Positions 18,023 to 27,440 of a DNA stretch of 28,416 nucleotides are shown here, one piece after another; the stretch's first letter is position 1; every line of letters starts with the position of its first letter. The notes below the pieces were generated by a model. It did no database searches. It was given only the letters and a program-made list of their open reading frames with translations, and was not told the origin of the DNA. The translations under genes were made by a program, and so were the position numbers. This DNA comes from a virus (taxonomy: Duplodnaviria > Heunggongvirae > Uroviricota > Caudoviricetes), in the IMG/VR virus record IMGVR_UViG_3300045988_053559, positions 1 through 28,416 of that record; one strand, 5' to 3'.

Positions 18023-18047
18023 TAAAAAATCCCACCGGAGTGGGACT
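18023..18047 (-). terminator. Terminator-like hairpin plus U-tract between tape measure and DNA circulation genes (possible attenuator)
   Basis: Minus-strand RNA AGUCCCAC-UCCG-GUGGGAUU followed by UUUUAU. Would lie inside the coding region if translation began at 18050. Confidence 0.3.
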
Positions 18048-18068
18048 CATTAACAGATTAATTTTTCA

Positions 18069-19904
18069 TTACCTGCCAAAGCGCGTATAGCCAACATCAT
18101 GGCTGACATCAAAACCGCTGGATCGCGTTTCCATAACCCGCATACCCGGAGGCGAATTCACAAAAGAGACCTTGATCTCACCATCAACTTTTGGCGCAGA
18201 AGCTTTGTTAATCATGAAGGGATTCGGGCCTGTGGCACCGGAGGCGTTGTTTGACTGAGCCGGATCTACCGCCTGATAAGGTGTGTATCCCCGTGCCGGT
18301 ATTCCCGTCCCATAAGCATCATAAGCACCCGCGCCCCACTGCGCAGAGTTAATGGCATCAACCGTGTCACCGGAACTGTCGGTAAACCACTCAATAATTG
18401 GCTTCAGTTTGTCCCACATATCCTGAAACCACTTAACAACCGGTCCCCAGTTATTGATTACTATCCCCAGCGGCGACCAGGCAAAAACCTTCTTCAGAAG
18501 TTCCCAGCCAGCCTCAAAATAAGGACCAATGGTTTCCCAGAGCTTCTTGAAATAAGGTCCGACAACATCCCAGTTAGTGATAATTAATCCCGCAGCCAGG
18601 GCTATCGCCGTCGCAATCATTCCAATCGGCGTCATCGACATGATCCTGCTGACAATACTGATGGCACCGCCAACGCCCATCAATCCCAGTTTCAGAATCG
18701 CAAGACCGGCAGCAAGCCCGACGACGCCGCGAATAACCCGGGGATTTTCATCCGCAAACTTCGTGAATTTTTCCCCTAACTCCCCCAGCCATTGCGTGAT
18801 ATTTTTGGCGTCACCAGAAAATGCGCCGCCAATAGCCGCAAGGCCGTTAGTTGCGGTCCCCGTCATTGCCTCCCACAGGTTGGACAGCGTACCAAGCTGG
18901 GCCTGAACACGTTTATTCAGGCTGGCCTGTTTATTCATCTTCTGCTGGATCTGATCGTAGCCATCCTTTCCTTTATCAATTAGTGCATTGACCACCTGAA
19001 GGGTTTCGGCATCATCACCAAATATTGCCTTAAGTACACCTGTTCGCTTAACGTCGGTCAGTTTTCGCAGCTTTGCCAGTTGCCTGAACATGTTATCAAG
19101 ACCGCCAAAACTTCCTTTGCCGTCAGTAAAATCGAGCTGTACCCCGAGTTTCTGGCGGGCCATGATTTTATTGACGTCCCTGATTTTCTTAACGCTTAAT
19201 CCGGACTGGATAACTTTTCGCAGGGCGTTACCTGCCGACTCCCCGTTCATCCCCATCTGATCCATCATGACGCTGATGGGGGCAAGGCTCTGTGCAGCCT
19301 GAAGACCGTCCTTGTTCACCATCTTCAGAACAGAGCTGGTTTTAGTGAAGAAGGACAACATGTTGGTATCGTCAACACCCAGATAAAACGCCTTCTGGAT
19401 AGTGTCGAACAGCCCCATCATGTCTTCTGACGCCGTTCCGGTAGCATCCTGCATCTTTGCAGCAAACTCAGCAGCCGCTTCCGGTGTTTTTTTCAGTTGT
19501 ACCGCAAGATAAGCTGTCGCTTTACCCACACCGCCAAGAATGTTTTCTGCCGGGATCCCCTGACGCACCAGCATCTGCATCATGTTCTGGAAATCAGCCG
19601 TTGTACCGGGTAGCTGGTTACCCAGGCCAATAGCCAGTTTATTGATGTCCTGAAAGCTCTTTCCGACCTCGCCGTTCGCATCCATCATGGCGACTTTCAG
19701 CCCGGTGGCGGCGTTTTCCTGATCGGCATAAGATTTCAGGGAAAGCGTCAGACCCGCTGCCAGTCCGCCACCAAGCGCCAGCCCACCCTGTGACGCTTCT
19801 TCCGCCTGGCGTTTAAATCCCCGGATTTTCTTTTGCATTTTCGACAGCGCGGGAGAAAGCCTGTCGACACCGGTGATCAACGCCTTAAGCTCAAATTCCG
19901 CCAT
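18069..19904 (-). CDS. Tail tape measure protein
   Basis: 611 aa; glycine/alanine-rich hydrophobic central segment; follows the frameshifted chaperone pair. Confidence 0.85.
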   Translation of the reverse strand: MAEFELKALITGVDRLSPALSKMQKKIRGFKRQAEEASQGGLALGGGLAAGLTLSLKSYADQENAATGLKVAMMDANGEVGKSFQDINKLAIGLGNQLPGTTADFQNMMQMLVRQGIPAENILGGVGKATAYLAVQLKKTPEAAAEFAAKMQDATGTASEDMMGLFDTIQKAFYLGVDDTNMLSFFTKTSSVLKMVNKDGLQAAQSLAPISVMMDQMGMNGESAGNALRKVIQSGLSVKKIRDVNKIMARQKLGVQLDFTDGKGSFGGLDNMFRQLAKLRKLTDVKRTGVLKAIFGDDAETLQVVNALIDKGKDGYDQIQQKMNKQASLNKRVQAQLGTLSNLWEAMTGTATNGLAAIGGAFSGDAKNITQWLGELGEKFTKFADENPRVIRGVVGLAAGLAILKLGLMGVGGAISIVSRIMSMTPIGMIATAIALAAGLIITNWDVVGPYFKKLWETIGPYFEAGWELLKKVFAWSPLGIVINNWGPVVKWFQDMWDKLKPIIEWFTDSSGDTVDAINSAQWGAGAYDAYGTGIPARGYTPYQAVDPAQSNNASGATGPNPFMINKASAPKVDGEIKVSFVNSPPGMRVMETRSSGFDVSHDVGYTRFGR

Positions 19905-20315
19905 GTGTGCGTTTCTCCTGCTCTATCCTGTTTGCCTGACTGACCAGCAAGGGAATTTCACTGATCGGCATATTCAGCAATTCGAAAGGATTAATGCGCC
20001 AGTAGCTGGCGCAGTCAAAGAAGCGATCAGTGAGGTATTCAGCCGTCAGGCCTGGAGGAAAAAACCAGCCACAAGCCACGCCGCTGCATTCAGGTCTGCC
20101 GGAGACATCTGGTCGACAGAGCTTTGCGGCACTTTCGCCAGCCGCACAATGTATTTCGACACCACATGCGCCAGAAGTCTGACTGACTCATCCTGATTCA
20201 TCTGGTAGGGATACCCCAGCTCGCGGACATCCTTCCCGGTGGGTTCATCAAACTCCAGTACGGAGAGTGTCTCGCCATGAGCAGTAATCGGTTTCTTTAA
20301 CTCAAGCTCTTTCAT
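19891..20315 (-). CDS. Predicted -1 frameshift fusion product of the tail assembly chaperone (lambda G-T analogue)
   Basis: Slippery heptamer T TTT TTC on the minus strand at 20058..20064; the -1 frame stays open for 55 more codons to 19891, overlapping the tape measure start. Confidence 0.55.
20046..20315 (-). CDS. Tail assembly chaperone (lambda G analogue, Mu gp41-like)
   Basis: 89 aa between tube and tape measure; ends ..WLVAGFFLQA. Confidence 0.75.
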   Translation of the reverse strand: MKELELKKPITAHGETLSVLEFDEPTGKDVRELGYPYQMNQDESVRLLAHVVSKYIVRLAKVPQSSVDQMSPADLNAAAWLVAGFFLQA

Positions 20316-20671
20316 TACTGGTAATCCCCTTCTTCACCGTGGAACTCAAGATCAACCGTGCCTTCTTCGGCATTATGGTTCGCTTCGCCGTGCAGCCAGG
20401 CAGACGACAGTACATAGACCTGACCGTTCGCCAGCTCGGCAGTGATGGTCATCTCATCAGACGAGGTGATTTTGCTTACCGGAAAATTCTTCGGCACCTT
20501 GAAGGTCCCTTTGACATAAGGCGCACGGTGAGTTTCCTTGCGGTCCACTGAACCGTCCAGGCCGATGATGTCATCGTTAACCGTTTTGTTCATGGGCACC
20601 TCAATGCCGCCGGTCAGCGATAGCTGCTGACCGTCAATTTTGAAATAACAGGTTCCCCCGATACGGGCCAT
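20315..20671 (-). CDS. Tail tube protein (Mu M-like)
   Basis: 118 aa, immediately downstream of the sheath gene. Confidence 0.8.
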   Translation of the reverse strand: MARIGGTCYFKIDGQQLSLTGGIEVPMNKTVNDDIIGLDGSVDRKETHRAPYVKGTFKVPKNFPVSKITSSDEMTITAELANGQVYVLSSAWLHGEANHNAEEGTVDLEFHGEEGDYQ

Positions 20672-22167
20672 TATGCAGACTCCTCTGAATACTGAAGACG
20701 GAACTGATTAACCACGGCAAAGACACGCAGCTGGTTAACATAGTCAGGCGGGAACAGCGTGTTCAGGCGGTTCGGATCGCTGGCATCACGCTCCACAACC
20801 AGGTACTGCTTAAACAGTTCGTAGTTTTCCACGATCCCCGCACGCTCAAGCTGACGGTAGGTTGCCAGCAGTTCCCCTTTGATCACCGCCGGGGTGACAA
20901 TCGCCTGACCGGGACCAAAGCGGGTACCGTCACTGGCAAGCTTGTGACGCCCGTACTTACTGGTAATGACGGATTTCAGTTTGCGCAGTACATACGCGCT
21001 GGTATGCAGCGTCTCACTGTCGAGGTAACTGTTATCCGCAACCCCGTAAGCGTTTTTCCTGTACGTGGTGACATCACGCTGAATGCGTAGTACCCCGCTT
21101 TCGACATACGCCGTTGCCACGCCATGAGACAGCAGGGTCTGTTGTTCGGTCATCGTGAACCGTTTCCCCTTCGGCGCAGGCAGCATACCCACCAGCTCAC
21201 CGGTCTGCGTGGGACGTGCCGGATCGTTGCGGATAAACACCGCTGCGCGGGCGGTACGGCTTGCCGCCAGCTCGTCGGCAGGCGTCTGGGTCTCTTTTTC
21301 GTACCCCGCCAGGGTAATGTGCTGCTGGTTAAACTGGTCACCTGCGGTCACCAGTTCTGACAGCGTGCCGATCTTTGCCGTATACACATGACCATACAGC
21401 TGACGCGCATAGCTCCAGCGACCGCTGGTATCGTTCATCTCGGTCACCAGCGTGTTAACGGAGGCCGTGTCGTTGAACGGCAGGCCGATATAATCAAACG
21501 GCTCATCCGCCATTGCAGCCACCGCGCCGGTGAGAACCGGAGCACCCGTTCCGGCGGTACCCGTCGCCACGGCAATCTGTACGCCCGCTGGCAGCACTTC
21601 GCCCCCACCAAAGCCGTAGTAATTGAGGCTGACAGGAATTTCATTCCCACAAAGCCCCTTATGACGCGCGGTCAGTGTGACCACGCCTGCCGAAGATGAA
21701 GCCATAAACGGCAGGGTCGGAACGGCATTGATGGCATCCTGGATACTGCTGGCAATCATCGTGACGTTATCGCCGTTAGTCACCGGTGCCTGCACGCGGG
21801 TACGTCCTACATACACATTCACCGTGCCGGTTTCGGTTGCCGCCCCGGTCACCGTCAGCGTAACTGTTGCCGCCGCACCTGTGGATTCAGGAACGGCAAT
21901 CACATACAGCTCGCCAAACGGGTCAGTCTGGCGATAAGCCTCGACCATACGCGCCAGCTGACTTCCCGCACCACAAATCTGGCGTGCATAGTCTGCCGAC
22001 GACATCAGTACCAGACTGTTGGCAACAATCTCTGCACCGTTATTGGCATGACCAATCAGCAGCGATGCTCCGCTGTCCTGTGCAGTATTCGCCGCCTGGT
22101 TATCCATTTCCGCATAAAACAACGGAACCAGCGTATTCGACGGAATGGTGTTAAAGCTTATCGTCAT
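20671..22167 (-). CDS. Tail sheath protein (Mu L-like)
   Basis: 498 aa; MTISFNTIPSNTLVPLFYAEMDN... Confidence 0.9.
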   Translation of the reverse strand: MTISFNTIPSNTLVPLFYAEMDNQAANTAQDSGASLLIGHANNGAEIVANSLVLMSSADYARQICGAGSQLARMVEAYRQTDPFGELYVIAVPESTGAAATVTLTVTGAATETGTVNVYVGRTRVQAPVTNGDNVTMIASSIQDAINAVPTLPFMASSSAGVVTLTARHKGLCGNEIPVSLNYYGFGGGEVLPAGVQIAVATGTAGTGAPVLTGAVAAMADEPFDYIGLPFNDTASVNTLVTEMNDTSGRWSYARQLYGHVYTAKIGTLSELVTAGDQFNQQHITLAGYEKETQTPADELAASRTARAAVFIRNDPARPTQTGELVGMLPAPKGKRFTMTEQQTLLSHGVATAYVESGVLRIQRDVTTYRKNAYGVADNSYLDSETLHTSAYVLRKLKSVITSKYGRHKLASDGTRFGPGQAIVTPAVIKGELLATYRQLERAGIVENYELFKQYLVVERDASDPNRLNTLFPPDYVNQLRVFAVVNQFRLQYSEESA

Positions 22168-22321
22168 CGGTGTTCACCTTTTTATTCACGCGCCGGATAT
22201 CACCCGCTGCTTCACGGCGCAGCCAGTAGTTGTTCTCGTCAACATTTCGCCCTTCGGCGGGCAAAAGGTCGCCGAGGGCAGGGTCAGGCACTGACCGCCC
22301 TTTAACAGGTTTGACAAACAT
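22151..22321 (-). CDS. Small hypothetical protein (56 aa) overlapping the sheath start
   Basis: Hand-translated MFVKPVKGRSVPDPALGDLLPAEGRNVDENNYWLRREAAGDIRRVNKKVNTDDDKL; GAGGA ribosome-binding site; below the 60-aa ORF-track cutoff. Confidence 0.4.
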   Translation of the reverse strand: MFVKPVKGRSVPDPALGDLLPAEGRNVDENNYWLRREAAGDIRRVNKKVNTDDDKL

Positions 22322-22329
22322 GAGGATCC

Positions 22330-22899
22330 TCAGGAAGGAAGGGTTATTTCGGTGTGATGTTCGATATCGCCGTCAGGCCCGTTACCGGGCTCGAGATAAT
22401 CAACATCAATCGCCAGCGTTTGCAGTTCATCCAGACTGTTCAGATCATCCTGCTGGCGGGTATCGTCTTCAGTCAGCTCGCTGATGACCGAAAAATCGAA
22501 CTGATAAATCAGCTCATGACGATTCAGATCCAGCAGCGTGCCGCCGTCATAGGTAATCGGGTTACCGCACGCCTCCGGGTTCCAGCCCAGCAGAGCCTTA
22601 AAGAGCATCTGCCGGACATCGTCCACCACATCATACGAGGCAAACTGACCGCGCTCATCACGCCCGTTACTCAGTATGACAACCACGGAGAAACCCTCTT
22701 TCAGCTCCTGCCAGTAGTCGGTCTGGCTTTTGTTTTCTCCCGGAGAATCATCACCCGGTACAACATATGCCGCCGGGAGTTTCAGCTTTCCGACCTCCGG
22801 CAGATTTTTGAACTGGGCCGCGCCTGCAACCCGGTTTTCAAAATACGGACAACGGGCACGCAGTGCAGCAATAACAGGAGTCAGTTTCATCTGTGTCAT
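22330..22899 (-). CDS. Mu gp37-like neck/tail protein
   Basis: 189 aa; position upstream of the sheath. Confidence 0.55.
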   Translation of the reverse strand: MTQMKLTPVIAALRARCPYFENRVAGAAQFKNLPEVGKLKLPAAYVVPGDDSPGENKSQTDYWQELKEGFSVVVILSNGRDERGQFASYDVVDDVRQMLFKALLGWNPEACGNPITYDGGTLLDLNRHELIYQFDFSVISELTEDDTRQQDDLNSLDELQTLAIDVDYLEPGNGPDGDIEHHTEITLPS

Positions 22900-23393
22900 C
22901 GCTCCGGCTTCAGTGATTTACGCAATTCCCGCGCCAGAAAATAGCGTGTCCAGCTGCGGTTCTTTTCAAGCGTTTCCACCATGAAGTTATTACGTGGAGC
23001 CAGTCGCCAGCCGCTGCCACCGGATGCACCACGATGATGACTGCGACGACGCTTTGCCCCTCGCCTCACGCCATAGAACAAAAAAGCCGGATAAAAATCA
23101 CCGGTGATACGGCGGTTTCCCTCTCCATTACGCTGGTTAGGGGCTATACGTGCCATAAAACCAGGGCGATGTTTACTGGCTCTGGGTACCATGTAACCAA
23201 TCGAACGAGCCAGGCGTCCGGTCTGATAACCGGGGTTTTCACCCGGTGCCGACCGCGCACGGCGCATCACCAGCCGACGGGCATCACGCATATGACGCTG
23301 ACCAATCGTGACAAACGCCCGCCGGACACGGGCGCGGTTAAAGCGCATCTCCGCGGGCTGCTGAAAATCAACGTGCAAAAAGGAAGTCGTCAT
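22896..23393 (-). CDS. Virion morphogenesis / tail completion-type protein
   Basis: 165 aa, basic; position between head-closure and tail genes. Confidence 0.5.
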   Translation of the reverse strand: MTTSFLHVDFQQPAEMRFNRARVRRAFVTIGQRHMRDARRLVMRRARSAPGENPGYQTGRLARSIGYMVPRASKHRPGFMARIAPNQRNGEGNRRITGDFYPAFLFYGVRRGAKRRRSHHRGASGGSGWRLAPRNNFMVETLEKNRSWTRYFLARELRKSLKPER

Positions 23394-23778
23394 TGTTGCC
23401 TCCGTGACTCTGCCTACATTCGCCCAGCTCCGTACACTCCAGCAGCAGAAAGCGCCGCGCCCCGTTCAGATCGCGCTGACGTTTCACCCGGTACACACTG
23501 TCACCGCAGACCACCTCATAATCAGCGGTGATCCCCCGGCGGTAACGAATAGTGATGTAATGGGTGATGGCGTCCCCGGTCTGCGCGGTTTCCTGCCAGG
23601 TGGTGGCACTGGTCTGGATAACCTTCGCCCATGTCCGGAACGTAACCGGGTATTGAGGCTCCACGCCAAAGTTATCCGCGGGCATATCCACCCGCAGGCG
23701 GATCAGGACGCGTTTATTCAGTTCACCGGGGTCCGGCAGAATGTAGGTTGCGCTGGTCTGCGCCTGACGAATTTTCAT
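23368..23778 (-). CDS. Head closure / head-tail adaptor protein
   Basis: 136 aa; position downstream of the head-tail connector. Confidence 0.55.
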   Translation of the reverse strand: MKIRQAQTSATYILPDPGELNKRVLIRLRVDMPADNFGVEPQYPVTFRTWAKVIQTSATTWQETAQTGDAITHYITIRYRRGITADYEVVCGDSVYRVKRQRDLNGARRFLLLECTELGECRQSHGGNNDDFLFAR

Positions 23779-24098
23779 TGCGGAAAGTACCTGTACGGGC
23801 CGACAAGCCAGCCAAAACTCTGCGGCATGTCGAGTTTCTCCACTTCCGTAACCGACGAGCGGTTTTCGTAAAAATGGCTGATAAGCATCAGCATCCCCAG
23901 ACGAATATCATCCGGCAGGTGCAGCCCGTCCGGATCGCTGTCCGGAATGGTTTCATCCGGTGCATAGAGCTTCCGGTTCAGATACGTTTCCGTCCGCTTT
24001 TGTGCCGCACATGCCAGCAGTTGCAGATGGCGGTCATCAGTATCGAAATCCTCATCCAGCCGGAGTTGGGCTTTAATCTCTTCCATTGTCAGAAGCAT
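23775..24098 (-). CDS. Head-tail connector protein (gp6-like)
   Basis: 107 aa; position after the capsid gene. Confidence 0.6.
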   Translation of the reverse strand: MLLTMEEIKAQLRLDEDFDTDDRHLQLLACAAQKRTETYLNRKLYAPDETIPDSDPDGLHLPDDIRLGMLMLISHFYENRSSVTEVEKLDMPQSFGWLVGPYRYFPQ

Positions 24099-24100
24099 AC

Positions 24101-24301
24101 TCAGCCCTCTTTACTGGTCGTGGCTTTTTTCTCTTTTGCCGCTTTACTGCTTTTTGCACTGATTCCGCGCTCTGCTAACCCGGCCTGAAGTGCAATCTCC
24201 TGCACCCGGGCAGGAAGCGCCCCGTCGTCATACTCACCGGCCCGAATGACCTCAACACGCATACCGTCCGGTGACCATTTCAGATCTTGTTTCAGGATCA
24301 T
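24101..24301 (-). CDS. Small lysine-rich hypothetical protein
   Basis: 66 aa ORF between capsid and connector genes; function unknown. Confidence 0.35.
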   Translation of the reverse strand: MILKQDLKWSPDGMRVEVIRAGEYDDGALPARVQEIALQAGLAERGISAKSSKAAKEKKATTSKEG

Positions 24302-24322
24302 GATTCTTCACCCGTCAGAACA

Positions 24323-24344
24323 GGGGGCGCGGTTCCGCGCCCCT
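24323..24344 (-). promoter_or_regulatory. GC-rich stem-loop just downstream of the major capsid gene (mRNA stabiliser or partial terminator)
   Basis: GGGGCGCG(G)/(C)CGCGCCCC perfect inverted repeat 7 nt after the capsid stop; no strong U-tract. Confidence 0.35.
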
Positions 24345-24350
24345 GAGTGA

Positions 24351-25556
24351 TTACGCCGCTGCAATCTTCAGCAGTTTGATGGCCTGCGAATCGACCAGCA
24401 TCCCGCCGGTGCGCTTGGTGGTATAAAAACCGACAAACGGTTTATTGGTGTACGGATCACGCAGAATGCGGGTGCCGATACGGTCAACGATGGTGTAACC
24501 CCGTTTGAAGTTACCAAATGCAATGGCTTTCGCATCAGCGGCGATATCCGGCATCTGTTCGTTTTCAGCGATACCGTAACCCGCCAGAGAGGACGGCTGC
24601 CCCAGTTCCAGCCCCGGACGCCACAGATAGTTACCCTCGGTGTCTTTCAGCAGACGGATGGCAAACAGGCTGTTGTTGTTCATCATGAACTTCGCGCCAG
24701 TGCGGTGTGCCTTACGCAGCGTGTAAATCAGTTTGATAATGGCGTCTGCGGTCACCGCGGTCGCTTCGCCGGATACAATATGCTGAAGTTTGCCGAACGC
24801 CCGGACCTTGTCGGTTTCATCGGTGGATTCATACGCCAGGAACCCTTTCGGCTTCTTGGTGCCATCGCCTGAGGTAAAGGCAATTTCTTCCTGTTCGGCA
24901 AATTCGGTTGCCAGCTCGCTGTTGATCCAGGCCTCCACGTTGAAGAAGGCATCGTCCAGCATTTTCTGGGTAGCCTGCGGGTTGCCGTAGATTTCCCCCA
25001 TGAGAGGTTCAATCAGCTCCAGTCTGGAGGTGGCAGTCTGGGATCGCGTATCCGTTTCCCCCACCCATCCGGAAGCCGTACCGCCCAGATTCACCAGTTT
25101 TTTGTAGTCGGAACCGCCAACGGTGATCACCGTGGCTTCCTGACGCATCACAACTTCATCTTTCAGCAGGTTAAGAATGTTGCGATCCAGTTCTTCCGGC
25201 ACGGCGTAGCCACCGTCTTCATCGGTACCCACCTGCAATGCCTTACGCTCCAGATCGCGCAGACCGTCTTCACGGCCTTTACGCAGGAAGCCCACAAACG
25301 CCTCTTTATGCTCGGTGGCCAGTTTATTTTGCGCTCCACCTGCCGGACGTTTCAGCTCAAGCAGCTCTTTTTCAAGGTCGCTTTTGAGATTTTCCAGCTC
25401 GCTGAGTTTCCCGTTCAGGGTTTCCACCTGCCCGGCAAGCTTGCCTTTTTCCTGCTCAATCGCATCCACGCGCTTGTCGTTCTTTGCTTTGAAGTCGTCA
25501 AACTTCTGCTGCAGCTCCTGCGCGACCTGTTCGACATCTTTAATATCAACCGCCAT
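24351..25556 (-). CDS. Major capsid protein, HK97 family, with N-terminal delta (scaffold) domain
   Basis: 401 aa; coiled-coil N-terminus; directly downstream of a prohead protease. Confidence 0.85.
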   Translation of the reverse strand: MAVDIKDVEQVAQELQQKFDDFKAKNDKRVDAIEQEKGKLAGQVETLNGKLSELENLKSDLEKELLELKRPAGGAQNKLATEHKEAFVGFLRKGREDGLRDLERKALQVGTDEDGGYAVPEELDRNILNLLKDEVVMRQEATVITVGGSDYKKLVNLGGTASGWVGETDTRSQTATSRLELIEPLMGEIYGNPQATQKMLDDAFFNVEAWINSELATEFAEQEEIAFTSGDGTKKPKGFLAYESTDETDKVRAFGKLQHIVSGEATAVTADAIIKLIYTLRKAHRTGAKFMMNNNSLFAIRLLKDTEGNYLWRPGLELGQPSSLAGYGIAENEQMPDIAADAKAIAFGNFKRGYTIVDRIGTRILRDPYTNKPFVGFYTTKRTGGMLVDSQAIKLLKIAAA

Positions 25557-25570
25557 CGTATTTCTCCTGA

Positions 25571-26257
25571 TTAGAAGTTCAGATTTTTCAGTGCATTCAG
25601 TGCAGAGCCCACATCCTCAGCGTCGCGCAGGGACAGTGCGCCATAGCCCCCGGCCATGAATGCTTTGGCCTGGGTACGGGAGAGTCCGACATCACGCAGG
25701 ACTCTTTCGATTTTTTTCTGTTCGGGGATTTCCCCGCGGGCCAGTGCGTTCTTGACGTCGCTGATCCGCGCCTCGTCGTTAGACGGGAACGTCACCAGGC
25801 TGACTTCCCAGAGGTCGATTTCTTTCAGCAGAAAGGCTTCTTTGCTCCGGTCGTATTCCCAGTCTTTCAGGACGTACCCAATAGAAAGGCCGGTTAACGA
25901 ACCGGCCTTCATGTGTGCATGTGCGCGTTTTGCGAGGGGATCATCATCAATCAGCAACCGTCCCCTGACGTAAAGCCCGACATCGTCTTCCTTCATTTCG
26001 GTGTAAACACCGATGGGTTCATCCATGCGGTGCTGCCAGAGCAGCGCAGGTAACGCTTTTCTGTCACTCCACGCCCGCAGGGAAGCAGCAAATGCCCCGG
26101 ACATCACCACATCATCGTGGCTGTCCTTTACACCAAAGACGGAGCCATACCCTTCAAACTCACCGGAGTCACTGACAGATTTCAGACTCAGCGGTACATC
26201 AAGACGTTGTTTCGTCTGCATTGGCGTTATCCTTCTGCTTACCGGCCTTACTGCCAT
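25571..26257 (-). CDS. Prohead protease, HK97 family
   Basis: ..DSGEFEGYGSVFGVKDSHDDVVMSGAFAASL..; true start may be ATG 26221. Confidence 0.8.
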   Translation of the reverse strand: MAVRPVSRRITPMQTKQRLDVPLSLKSVSDSGEFEGYGSVFGVKDSHDDVVMSGAFAASLRAWSDRKALPALLWQHRMDEPIGVYTEMKEDDVGLYVRGRLLIDDDPLAKRAHAHMKAGSLTGLSIGYVLKDWEYDRSKEAFLLKEIDLWEVSLVTFPSNDEARISDVKNALARGEIPEQKKIERVLRDVGLSRTQAKAFMAGGYGALSLRDAEDVGSALNALKNLNF

Positions 26258-27440
26258 CGGAGGGTTTCGTGGTCATGTTCATCGGTGTGAGATAGACATC
26301 ACCACCGGGACGCGGATTCATATCTTCCAGGTCGCGGCAGTCATTGGGAGAGTAAATTCCCCAGTTGATCCCGGTGGCGTAGGCTTCAAAACGGGACTTC
26401 ATATCCCCGCGCAGTAACGCCCCGGCGTTAAATTTGGCGTAATAAACGCCCTGCTTACTTTTTCGTACCAGTCCGGTGTTGATCCGCTGTTCGATGCGGG
26501 TCAGATACGGCACCAGTGAATAGTTGATAAATCCCAGCCCCAGCTCTTCGATATTGTTGAAGGTGGCGCGATCGGTGTTCTGCACCATGTGCAACGGCAC
26601 CCGGAACAGACGACAGATTTCTTCAAGCTGAAACTTGCGGGTTTCCAGGAACTGGCTGTCCTCGGCGTTCAGCGCCATCGACTTCCAGTCCAGCCCCATC
26701 TCAAGGATCATCGGGCGGTGAGCATTGCCAAGCCCGGTGTGACGCTCCTCAAAATCTTTCTTCAGGCGCTCATAAGCCTGATCTGACAGCGTCTGCTCTG
26801 TACGCAACACACCCGACGTCACCGCGCCATTGCTGAACAGTCTGGCCCCGTGCTCTTCGGTCGCAGCTGCCAGCGATATTGCCTCGCGGGCATAGGCGAT
26901 GGGATTCAGCCCCACCAGTCCGTCCAGCGTCAGCGTGCGCACATGCCAGATATCCTCCTGGCTCAGTACATCCGTGGAGCCATCCGGGAATGTGACCTGA
27001 TAGATCGGCTCCCAGCTACTGTTAAGCTTCGGTACCACACAGCCGGGATCGACGGGCAGCAGTTCAGCCACTTCGCCAAATGCTTTCACTTTGTAGGCGT
27101 AAAAGTTTCCCCGCAGGCACAGACAGGTGACCACCAGCTCCCAGAACTCCTGCGGCGTCATATAGCCATTGGGATGCGTGGAGATCAGCTTATGCAGACG
27201 TTCGCCAGTGGCTCTCTGCTTCAGGCTGCCGTTCAGGTGATACAGGTTGCAGGGCAACATCCCGACCGACTCCGCCAGCACCCTGACACAGGAAAAAACC
27301 GCCGTCAGTCGCATGGCCCGCTGGCTGCTGATCTGCTTTCCGGTATAGGTGTCGTAGGACAACCCGATAGCATCCGCCAGCTCTGCTGGCGTGGTCACCG
27401 GTGCGTCACTTTTTCGTTGAAATAATCCCGAAAAGAACAC
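26199..27440 (-). CDS. Portal protein, HK97 family
   Basis: 413 aa; position between terminase and protease. Confidence 0.85.
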   Translation of the reverse strand: MFFSGLFQRKSDAPVTTPAELADAIGLSYDTYTGKQISSQRAMRLTAVFSCVRVLAESVGMLPCNLYHLNGSLKQRATGERLHKLISTHPNGYMTPQEFWELVVTCLCLRGNFYAYKVKAFGEVAELLPVDPGCVVPKLNSSWEPIYQVTFPDGSTDVLSQEDIWHVRTLTLDGLVGLNPIAYAREAISLAAATEEHGARLFSNGAVTSGVLRTEQTLSDQAYERLKKDFEERHTGLGNAHRPMILEMGLDWKSMALNAEDSQFLETRKFQLEEICRLFRVPLHMVQNTDRATFNNIEELGLGFINYSLVPYLTRIEQRINTGLVRKSKQGVYYAKFNAGALLRGDMKSRFEAYATGINWGIYSPNDCRDLEDMNPRPGGDVYLTPMNMTTKPSDGSKAGKQKDNANADETTS

